From positions 1 through 44,029 of the forward strand of contig JAYELJ010000049.1 of the NCBI GenBank assembly GCA_034717395.1: DNA of 44,029 nt, written 5' to 3'. Below, piece after piece: positions 36,301 to 44,029 of the stretch. This DNA is from Patescibacteria group bacterium. GTDB lineage: Bacteria; Patescibacteriota; Gracilibacteria; JAYELJ01. Every line of letters starts with the position of its first letter. Within the stretch, counting starts at the first letter, position 1. Below the pieces are notes generated by a model. The model was not told where the DNA came from. It made no database searches and saw only the letters and a program-made list of their open reading frames with translations. The position numbers and the translations under genes are program-made.

Positions 36301-36957
36301 TGTGCCTGAGATATTCTCTGACAACAGAGCACACGTTCCTGAAACACAGCGATCTATATCAACCAGATACTCTATACCTGCAAAACTCTGACTCTGCTCC
36401 CAATACACCGAAATATCAGACCCAGAAATACTATATCCTCTACCAGACAAAACAATACCATCCAAAAAATCTATGGTGTTCGACTGACCTGGAGTTGCTA
36501 GCCCACCAGTGTATCCATAATAAGAAACCCAAGAATCACCAGCATCTGGAATACGACCAAGAGAATATCATTTTTCGAGAGAGGGAATAGCATCGGTTCC
36601 ATATTCTACAGTATCGATAATCGATCCAGAAGCATCTCTGAGTTCAACATGAGCTCAACCATTAGCCAAGGCTCTTTTTCATAGTGTTTGCAAAAAATAC
36701 CCAGTAGCTGATACCACATCTCCCGACTCAAAAGTATGTTTCTGTTTATCATTGGACCACACACTAGCACCACTGAGGTTTACCGACCCAGACCCTGAAT
36801 TATATATCTCAATCCACTCTTGCTCTCCTGATTCTGGGGCAGAAAGAAACTCGTTGATATATAACTGTGCAGATGCAGTACCATATCAACAAGTAATCAT
36901 ACATACTCCTACTATAAGAAAGGAGAATATCCGAGACAGATAAGAAGAGAATATCAT
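33367..36957 (-). CDS. Secreted multidomain nuclease: signal peptide, 3 lamin-tail domains (LTD), 2 PKD domains, staphylococcal-nuclease (SNase) domain, Lys/Glu-rich linker and an uncharacterised C-terminal domain (~1196 aa)
   Basis: One frame is open from ATG 36955-36957 to TAA 33367-33369 (3591 nt) through 16 in-frame TGAs. It joins track ORFs 35836..36465, 35365..35697, 34522..34761, 33772..34521 and 33496..33759. LTD motifs are LYINEFLSAPESGEQEWIEIYNSG, WVSEVYANPTGSDTGYEWIELYNAG and ITEILPNPEGPDKGKEYIELL. PKD motifs are DPDGDILYYDWDFGNG and YYSWDFGDG. SNase motifs are VRMIGIDTPE, DRYYRILGYVY and ARENELGLWA. Confidence 0.8.
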
Positions 36958-36992
36958 ACCTCTATTGTACGAATCGGAAAGTTTTGAGCAAG

Positions 36993-37024
36993 AAAAAACC
37001 ACATCCAAAGATGTAGTTTTAAAA
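36993..37024 (-). terminator. Rho-independent terminator after rplI
   Basis: On the minus strand, stem aaaactacatc / gatgtggtttt is followed by ttttcttg. Confidence 0.5.
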
Positions 37025-37031
37025 CAAACAA

Positions 37032-37481
37032 CTATTCAGCAATTACGTTTACTGTAATTTTTGTAGTGATTTCATCTGAAAGTTTCACAGATACTGCATA
37101 CTCACCTGTTTCTTTGATATGCGCTGGACAATCAACAAGGTTTGAAATTTGAAGTTCTACTCCTGCTTTTTCATTAAGAGCAAGAAGAATTTCTGCATCT
37201 GTTACTGAACCATACAGATGTGTTCCTTCTGATACTTTTCCTGCAAATTCAAGAGCTGTATCTTTGATTTTTTCAAAGATTTCTCCTGCAGCTGCAGAGA
37301 TTTTTTCTTGTCCTTTCTGAGCGTTTGCACGACGAGCAAGAACTTCGTTGTATGTTTCTTTTGTAAGAAATGTAGCAACTCCTTGTGGAATAAGGAAGTT
37401 ACGAGCATAACCTGGACGAACATCAACGATATCATCACGTTTTCCAAGTTTTGGAACACTAGTAGTAAGAATAATTTTCAT
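37032..37481 (-). CDS. rplI: 50S ribosomal protein L9
   Basis: Track ORF (MKIILTTSVPKLGKRDDIVDVRPGYARNFLIPQG). Confidence 0.9.
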   Translation of the reverse strand: MKIILTTSVPKLGKRDDIVDVRPGYARNFLIPQGVATFLTKETYNEVLARRANAQKGQEKISAAAGEIFEKIKDTALEFAGKVSEGTHLYGSVTDAEILLALNEKAGVELQISNLVDCPAHIKETGEYAVSVKLSDEITTKITVNVIAE

Positions 37482-37558
37482 AGTCTTTTTGAGTTAGGTA
37501 TTGATAATATACCAAGCAAATATAATTTGCCTGTCCTTAAATATAAAAAGGCGGAGCT

Positions 37559-37587
37559 ATTGTATAAGAGTTTATACAGATTGTCAA
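37559..37587 (-). promoter_or_regulatory. Candidate rplI promoter
   Basis: On the minus strand the site reads TTGACA, a 17-nt spacer, then TACAAT. It starts 11 nt after the lepB stop. Confidence 0.45.
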
Positions 37588-37597
37588 AAATAAGCGA

Positions 37598-38233
37598 TTA
37601 TTTTAGATCATCAATCAGCTGTGGTGTAGGGAGAACATCGACCCAAGCTTTTCCTACAATACGATCGAGAGATACCGCCCCTTTGGTAGACGGATCAGCT
37701 GTATACCACGAACGAGAATCACTCGAAGCTCTTCTATTATCACCAACTACAAAGTACTCATCTACCCCGAGAGCTATGCGTGCATTTTGTTTATTTGGAA
37801 GATAGGTATTGCCTGAATTAGATGCTGTAAGATAATCATTCGGGAGCTTGTTTCCATTGGGATATTGATCATTGTAGATATACATATTTCCTTTGTTGAA
37901 TTCAATAGTATCGCCTGGAGCACCAATAACCCTTTTTACATAGAAATTCTCTTCACTGCTAGGCGGATGAAGCACTACGACATCTCCATATTCTGGATCA
38001 GAAAACCAATACGAAGAACGAGCAACCAGGATAAAATCTTCATTCTGAAGGTTGTCTTGCATACTGTTTCCCGATACACGGAATGGCGATATGAATGAAT
38101 AACGAATAGAGAATACAATAGCAAATATCACAATAACATTGAGTATTGTTTCGAGAGAAACTCTCAAGATCTCCTGTCTGTTTATTTTCTGAGATACCGG
38201 TTCACTATTTATATTGGGTGTTTCTGAAGACAT
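37598..38233 (-). CDS. lepB: Signal peptidase I
   Basis: Track ORF with a TM helix followed by FRVSGNSMQDNL (catalytic Ser box), YVKRVIG and GDNRRASSDSR. Confidence 0.88.
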   Translation of the reverse strand: MSSETPNINSEPVSQKINRQEILRVSLETILNVIVIFAIVFSIRYSFISPFRVSGNSMQDNLQNEDFILVARSSYWFSDPEYGDVVVLHPPSSEENFYVKRVIGAPGDTIEFNKGNMYIYNDQYPNGNKLPNDYLTASNSGNTYLPNKQNARIALGVDEYFVVGDNRRASSDSRSWYTADPSTKGAVSLDRIVGKAWVDVLPTPQLIDDLK

Positions 38234-38256
38234 ATGAAATTATATTGAAAAATAAA

Positions 38257-39828
38257 TTATTTCCTTGCTATTTTCTTTCCAAGCCCTGGAATTATAACAA
38301 ATACCACTACCGAGAAAAAGATAAAAAATACTGCAAGCCAATAATATTTAGAAACAGAAGCTGGCAGAACCTCTATATAGATATCTTGACTAATTTGTTC
38401 GCTGCTATTATCTATTGCTACAAGTTCAATACGATATACCCCTAAACTATCAAAGGAATAGGACAACTCCGTTTCATGAGACAGGAGTCTTCCTTGATAT
38501 AGCCACTGGAGAGATTCGATAGATCCATCTATATCATAGACATCCACGGCAGAGAGAGAAAACAATTCTCCTTTTTCTACCTGTACTGAATTGGGAATAT
38601 TCACAAAAACAGGAGCTTTATTATATCACTGAGTATCCTGGTTATCTCCTATTCCATCACTATCGGTATCTTTCCATTCTGTATTATCCAGAGGAAATAG
38701 ATCATCTATATCCGCTACTCCATCATTATCATCATCAGAGTCTTTTGTGTCTCCGATGCCATCCCCATCGGTATCTTTCCATTCTGATGGTTCATTTGGA
38801 AATGGATCTGCAAAATCTGCTACCCCATCATTGTCATCATCCATATCAGCATTATTTCCTATTCCATCGTTATCAGTATCTATAGACTCCGTTGGGTTGT
38901 AAGGGAACTGATCCTCCGAATCAAGAACACCATCATTGTCCATATCAGGATTGGTGGGATCCAACCCTTTTTCTATCTCCTGCGTATCAGATATACCATC
39001 GTTATCATCATCAGCATCTTTTGCATCTCCGATACCATCTCCATCTGTATCTGCTACTTCTTCTTTATCTGTTGGAAAAGCATCAACTATATCATCAACT
39101 CCATCATTATCATCATCAGCATCTTTTATGTCTCCTAAACCATCTCCATCTGTATCTTGTACTTCTGTATCATCGAGAGGAAAATGGTCCTCTTTATCTG
39201 ATACACCATCTCTATCGGTATCATAATTAAGAGGGTTTGTGCCTCTTTGAATTTCCTCCTGATCGGTATATCCATCTCCATCATCGTCAATATCTGTATT
39301 GTTCCCAAGACCATCCCTATCGGTATCGAGCCATTCTGTTGGATCAAAAGGAAAATCATCATAAATATCTTCGACATTATCCCCATCATCATCTAAATCA
39401 TCTCTATCTCCGATCCCATCCCCATCAGTATCTATATCTACAAACATTTTTGAAAACAGCTGCTTAGTAACACTCCCATTGTATTCTACTATCTGAGCCT
39501 CGAAATCATGATCCCCATCTGTAGCGACCCAATCAAAAAACACTGTATCTGAAGATCCTGCTACCACTGAGATAGCCTGATCTACACCTACCTGCTGACC
39601 TCATTGCAAAGTATCAATCACACGAACGAGACCAGTCGCATCCTCATCTCCACTATTTGAAACTTTGATATAAATACGAACAGAATCTTCTGCTAAGATT
39701 TGCTCTGGAATATGCCAAACATCCGTAGAACGAATAAATAGATCAGTAGCAGCAAATGCAAAAGGAGCTGTTACTAACAAGCAACAACTTAGCACTACAG
39801 CCGACACTGTTTTTATCGATGTATACAT
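38257..39828 (-). CDS. Secreted, C-terminally anchored surface protein: signal peptide, CARDB-like domain, about 9-10 thrombospondin type-3 Ca-binding repeats, Ig/PKD-like domain, TM anchor
   Basis: Track ORFs 39601..39828, 38626..39567 and 38257..38604 are in the same frame. They are joined by TGA 39601-39603 and TGA 38626-38628. The total is 1572 nt. Repeats follow the pattern DTDGDGIGDxKDxDDDNDG. Stop is TAA 38257-38259. The ATG directly abuts the yebC stop (TAAATG). Confidence 0.75.
38640..39440 (-). repeat. Intragenic tandem array of about 105-nt (35-codon) Asp-rich repeat units
   Basis: For example, 39004..39051 and 39109..39156 match at about 42 of 48 positions by eye (atcatcatcagcatctttt...ccatctccatctgtatc). 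Further diverged copies lie near 38728 and 38830. Confidence 0.7.
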
Positions 39829-40548
39829 TTATTTCAAGTTAGAAGTAACATCTACCACATCATCTATTTCATCTAGCAGATCTATTAATTTTTCTGTGTG
39901 AGTTCTTTCTTCCCCTTGTAGATCAACTTCTTGATTTGGGATCCAATCGACAGAAGCGTATTCTACTGAATACCCTGACTCTTTGAGCTGAGATTCTATT
40001 TCAAAGAAAATGTCTGGGGAAGATGTGATTTCCACAGAGCCAGATTCTGATACCACATCTTCTGCTCCTGCATCGATAGAAAGAAGCTCTATATCATCGG
40101 TAGATTGGCCCTCTCCGGCCTGTACAATAATCACTCCTTTTCTTTCGAACATCCAGGCTACAGACCCAGAATCAGCAAGACGCCCCTCATTTTTCATAAG
40201 AACGAGACGAATATGATTTACCGATCGGTTGCTATTGTCTGTAAGGACATTGATCAATATAGCAGCTCCTCCTGGACCATACGCTTCATACTGAAGCTCT
40301 GACATTGCTACGCCCTTAGAACCTTCTCCAGTTCCTTTTTTGATAGCTCTATCTATCGCGTCTTTAGACATACTTTGTTTTTTGGCTATATCTACCGCTA
40401 CACGAAGAGTGTTATTGGTTTCTATATCTCCACCTCCCTGGCGAGCTGCCATAGTAATATTACGAGAAAACTGAGTAAATAGTTTTCCTTTCGAAGCATC
40501 TTGTGCTGCTTTTTTATCCTTTATTTCATGCCATTTACGACCACCCAT
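39829..40548 (-). CDS. yebC: YebC/PmpR-family transcriptional regulator
   Basis: Track ORF (KWHEIKDKKAAQDASKGKLFTQFSRNITMAARQGGGDIETNNTLR). Confidence 0.88.
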   Translation of the reverse strand: MGGRKWHEIKDKKAAQDASKGKLFTQFSRNITMAARQGGGDIETNNTLRVAVDIAKKQSMSKDAIDRAIKKGTGEGSKGVAMSELQYEAYGPGGAAILINVLTDNSNRSVNHIRLVLMKNEGRLADSGSVAWMFERKGVIIVQAGEGQSTDDIELLSIDAGAEDVVSESGSVEITSSPDIFFEIESQLKESGYSVEYASVDWIPNQEVDLQGEERTHTEKLIDLLDEIDDVVDVTSNLK

Positions 40549-40586
40549 AACACAGATAATAGATTTTAGATAATAGATTAAATATA

Positions 40587-40949
40587 CTATACTTCTGCCA
40601 ACTTTTTACGCACCGCATCTACTTTCTTTTGTCTCTCTATCTCATACCCTTGTTTTTTGAAGTACATTATTACTTTTTCCCACTCAAGAGCCGCTCTCTG
40701 TCTTTTTTTGTCAATAACAGGTTTTCCTTTTCCTTCTTCTTTTGTTTCCATTTCTTTAAAATCTGCTACTTCTTTCTCAAATACAGCAAGAAGTTTTTGT
40801 ATTCTTTGAACTCCTAGAACTGGAAGTTTATTGATAATCTCTATTTTCTTTTCTGATGGAATGGAAAGAGCCATCTCTAACGCAGAAAAGAATCCTTCTT
40901 GATCATAATCAAAGGGAGTCTCCGGTATATACTCTGCAGGAAAATTCAT
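40587..40949 (-). CDS. Hypothetical protein (120 aa, Lys/Glu-rich C-terminal half)
   Basis: Track ORF with a TAG stop. It has a promoter-like site upstream. No recognisable family. Confidence 0.45.
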   Translation of the reverse strand: MNFPAEYIPETPFDYDQEGFFSALEMALSIPSEKKIEIINKLPVLGVQRIQKLLAVFEKEVADFKEMETKEEGKGKPVIDKKRQRAALEWEKVIMYFKKQGYEIERQKKVDAVRKKLAEV

Positions 40950-40980
40950 AAAAACAAAATAAAGAGGAAATATCCCCTTT

Positions 40981-41010
40981 ATTATACCTTGAAGCCATGA
41001 CTAATATCAA
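40981..41010 (-). promoter_or_regulatory. Candidate promoter for the 40587..40949 gene
   Basis: On the minus strand the site reads TTGATA, an 18-nt spacer, then TATAAT. Confidence 0.4.
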
Positions 41011-41021
41011 GAATCTTTTGT

Positions 41022-42008
41022 TTACAGGAAATTATAAGACATATAACTTACATAAAAAATGAGCAAGAGAATTCCTTCTGTCTTATTGATCGACATCCCC
41101 CTAATAGCAAAGATGTAAAACAGAAAACTTACCCCGAGGAGAATGAAAGCATCGAGCAACAATTTGGTATCAAACAAAAGAGGAGACACTGTTGCAGAAA
41201 TACCCAACACAAAGAGAAGATTGAATATATTTGACCCCACAACATTTCCTACTGCGAGATCGACTTCTCCTTTGCGGGCAGCAATGATCGAAGTCGCAAT
41301 CTCCGGGAGAGATGTTCCTATTGCAAGCACAAATAAACCAATCACTGACTCTGGTATAGCAAAATAATTTCCCAGCCAAGTAGCAGAATCAATAATCACG
41401 CTAGCTCCATACACCAAAGCAAGTAAGCCAAGGATGATATACACAAGACTTTTAGTAAGAGTAAGTGGTGGAATTTCTTCGTCTGGAGTAGCATCAGCAA
41501 ACTCTGCATCTGCAGTATCTTTTTTAGAGTTTTTTATAATAAAAAATAAGTACATCATAAACAGAGCAAGCCCTATGATATAGAGAATCCCTTCACTTCG
41601 AGAAATTATATTTTGTGTTATTCCTGGATTGATCCAGCTATCAAACATAAAGATCACTAACATTACCGTTGCCAGGAGCATATAGGGAATCTCTTTTTTC
41701 ACAGTACTTGATTGCACTTTAAGTACCGCAAAGAGACTCGCAAGACCAAGAACCAAAGCAATATTGGCAATATTCGAACCAATAATATTCCCAACCGCAA
41801 AATCATTTTGTCCAGACATGCTGGCACTGAGAGACACCATCAGCTCAGGAAGCGATGTTCCAAGAGAAATAATAGTCAGCCCAATAATCACAGTAGGAAT
41901 TCCAAACCCTCGAGCAATAGATGAAGAACCCTCCACCAACTTATCTGCCCCTCCAATAAGAAGAATAAAACCTATAAATAGTAACCCTGATTGTATAAGA
42001 AGATCCAT
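41022..42008 (-). CDS. Ca2+/Na+ (CaCA/YrbG-family) antiporter
   Basis: Track ORF with two alpha-repeat motifs (GTSLPELMVSLSA..GNIIGSNIANI and GTSLPEIATSIIA..GNVVGSNIFNL). Confidence 0.85.
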   Translation of the reverse strand: MDLLIQSGLLFIGFILLIGGADKLVEGSSSIARGFGIPTVIIGLTIISLGTSLPELMVSLSASMSGQNDFAVGNIIGSNIANIALVLGLASLFAVLKVQSSTVKKEIPYMLLATVMLVIFMFDSWINPGITQNIISRSEGILYIIGLALFMMYLFFIIKNSKKDTADAEFADATPDEEIPPLTLTKSLVYIILGLLALVYGASVIIDSATWLGNYFAIPESVIGLFVLAIGTSLPEIATSIIAARKGEVDLAVGNVVGSNIFNLLFVLGISATVSPLLFDTKLLLDAFILLGVSFLFYIFAIRGMSINKTEGILLLIFYVSYMSYNFL

Positions 42009-42025
42009 TTGTATAGAGTGTATTA

Positions 42026-43129
42026 ACTAAAAATTCGTAAAATATCTTGGTAGGTAACCGATACCATAAACACAAGCAGCAGTATCATTCCTCCAGCATG
42101 AATATAATTTTCCCATTTCACTGAAAGACCACGCCCAATGACTCACTCTATCAGAAGAAAGAATGCGCGACCCCCATCCAAAGCAGGGAATGGAAGTGCA
42201 TTGAGCACCGCGAGAGAAATAGATATCAGAGCAAGGAATTTGAGCCCTTCGGTCCACCCAGCATCTGCTGCAGCAGATGTCATCTGTACAATACCCACTG
42301 GACCAGAAAGACCTTCTGGAAGAGCAAATGATTCTATAAGTGTATTAAATAGCGTCACAAAACCTTGGATTGATCTATCTACTAGGTGTATCGCATCTTG
42401 GCAAGAGGTGATAAATGCATCCACTATCCCTAGCTGGATTTTATCGAGCTCTATACCAAGAACCAGCATCATCCCGAGCTTTCCTGTGCTATCAGGGGTA
42501 GCAGTTATTTGAATCAGATCTTCTGATTCTCCTCGTTTAATATCCAGAATAAATTGAGATTTGTCTTGTATTGCTTGCTGATAGGTTTCAAGATCACGAA
42601 CTTGAATGTCATCTATGGAAACAATCAGGTCACCAGATATCAGACCAATATCTTCTGCCAAAGAACCTTCTATCACCTGGTGTACCATAATCGAAGCATC
42701 TTTTTCTTCGATCATTTGATTATAGTATTGATTTCCTTCCATCGGTGTCACTCCTATCATATACGCTGTCATCATGATCCCAATCGCAGCAATAAAATTG
42801 AATATCACTCCTGCTGAGATGATAAGCAACCTCTGCCAAGGATTTTTCCCGGTATACGAATCAGGCTGATCGGATATTTCCAGATCTTTTTTAGGATCAA
42901 AATCTGATTGCCCTTTGAGCTGAACAAAACCCCCAATAGGAAGCCAATTGAGAGAGTAAATAGTATCTCCAATTTTCTTTCCCCACGCACGAGGAGGCAT
43001 CCCGATTCCAAACTCTTCCACTTTGACCCCTGTTACCCTTGCAGCCAAATAATGACCCAGCTCATGGATAAATATAAGAAAAGAAAATCCAAGAACTACA
43101 AATAAAATATTTAAAATCGTATCGAACAT
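42026..43129 (-). CDS. rseP: RIP site-2 metalloprotease RseP (M50 family)
   Basis: Track ORF 42143..43129 carries HELGHYLAA, a PDZ region and NALPFPALDGG. The frame continues through TGA 42143-42145 to TAG 42026-42028 and adds the last TM helix. Confidence 0.88.
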
Positions 43130-43162
43130 ATCCGCAAAAAATAGTAAAAAATAAAGTGTTTT

Positions 43163-44029
43163 CTATGAAGGACCGAGGAGGTGTTTCCCAACCTGATAAC
43201 TATCTCCTGCTCATAACGTAAGAACAAGATACTGTTTTTCTGGATCAGAATCAATGAACTTTTGGATGTATTCAGCACTATGATCAAAATCTGGAATATA
43301 ACACACATCGTTATCATTATCTGCTATAGCACGAGCAAAGGTATAACTCAATGAAGCATCATCTTTTTCTTCACGGGCTGATGCGAATATATCATTGATA
43401 ATCGTCAGATCTGCATCTGCAAAACTCTGTACAAACCCATCCCACAATTCACGCGTACGAGTATAGGTATGAGATTGAAAATCACAAATAATAAAATGTT
43501 TTGGGAAAAACTCTCGAAAAGCTTTCAAAGTTTTTTGGATTTCATCTGGATGGTGTCCATAATCATCATATACCAATGTGTTTTCTTTGTACTTCCCTAT
43601 ATATTCTTGCCTTCTTGTGGTTCCAGAAAACCCTTGAAGAGCTCGATGAATCTCACAAGCCCCAAAACCTTGTCATCGTAAATATGCAATAACAGCAAGG
43701 GCATTGGAGATGTTATGCATACCTGGCACAGCTATCTGAAAATTCCCAATTGGTTTTCCTTTTTCGTATACCAAGAACTGTTGATTTCCTGAGATAATAC
43801 TCGTACGGAGAGCATAATAATCTGCTTCTTTATCATCAATAGAATATGTGATCACTTTTGATGAAATATTGAGTGTATCTTTTTCTTTGTGTTCAATAAC
43901 AACCGACCCTTCTGCATCAAGAGAATCAACAAATTCTTGAAAAGCTGATACATAATCATCTTCTGTTTTGAAATAATCTGGGTGATCATAGTCAATATTG
44001 GTAATGATAATATCTTGTGGCTTATACTG
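43163..44029 (-). CDS. murC: UDP-N-acetylmuramate--L-alanine ligase, 3' part (5' end lies outside the window)
   Basis: Same-frame pieces are joined by TGA 43673-43675 and TGA 43211-43213. Motifs are ITNIDYDHPDYF, VPGMHNISNALA, DDYGHHPDEI and LVLTL-G-AGD. Stop is TAG 43163-43165. Confidence 0.85.

Noticed and set aside
38640-39467. A CRISPR-like or non-coding tandem repeat, and plus-strand ORFs 38892..39230, 38936..39226 and 39237..39467
   Set aside because: The periodicity is 105 nt and in frame with a minus-strand Asp-rich thrombospondin-repeat protein. There is no spacer/repeat alternation. The plus-strand ORFs are antisense artefacts of GAT/GAC-rich coding sequence.
42027-42257. Track ORF 42027..42257 as a separate small gene
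   Set aside because: It is out of frame with rseP and overlaps it. The rseP frame itself continues through TGA 42143-42145 to TAG 42026-42028 and encodes the expected last TM helix.

Overview
This is an AT-rich, gene-dense chromosomal segment whose genes only make sense if UGA is read as glycine (NCBI table 25, the code reported for Gracilibacteria/BD1-5 and Absconditabacteria/SR1 in the CPR/Patescibacteria). The standard-code ORF track breaks almost every long gene at TGA. Reading through TGA joins same-frame fragments into about 40 complete CDSs, and all of them end in TAA or TAG. The window holds a canonical, apparently intron-free rRNA operon on the minus strand (16S, tRNA-Ile, tRNA-Ala, 23S, 5S) with long processing stems and tandem promoters. 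It also holds a compact S10/spc ribosomal-protein cluster (rpsJ to secY) with no L30 gene, plus rpmH-rnpA, a solitary rplK, ftsA-ftsZ, hisS, lepB, rplI, yebC, rseP, a CaCA antiporter and the 3' part of murC. The accessory content is more notable. One gene encodes a ~1196-aa secreted nuclease (three lamin-tail domains, two PKD domains, a staphylococcal-nuclease domain) that the track hides as more than 9 fragments. Two large Asp-rich thrombospondin-type-3-repeat surface proteins are present. An SLH-CAP protein, an RsbW/RsbV-type partner-switching pair with no sigma factor nearby, an orphan VirD4/TraG-like P-loop ATPase and a stand-alone ComEC-type metallo-beta-lactamase protein are also present. 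I saw no CRISPR array, transposase, integrase or prophage signature. All domain calls are by-eye motif recognition. rRNA ends and promoter calls are approximate.
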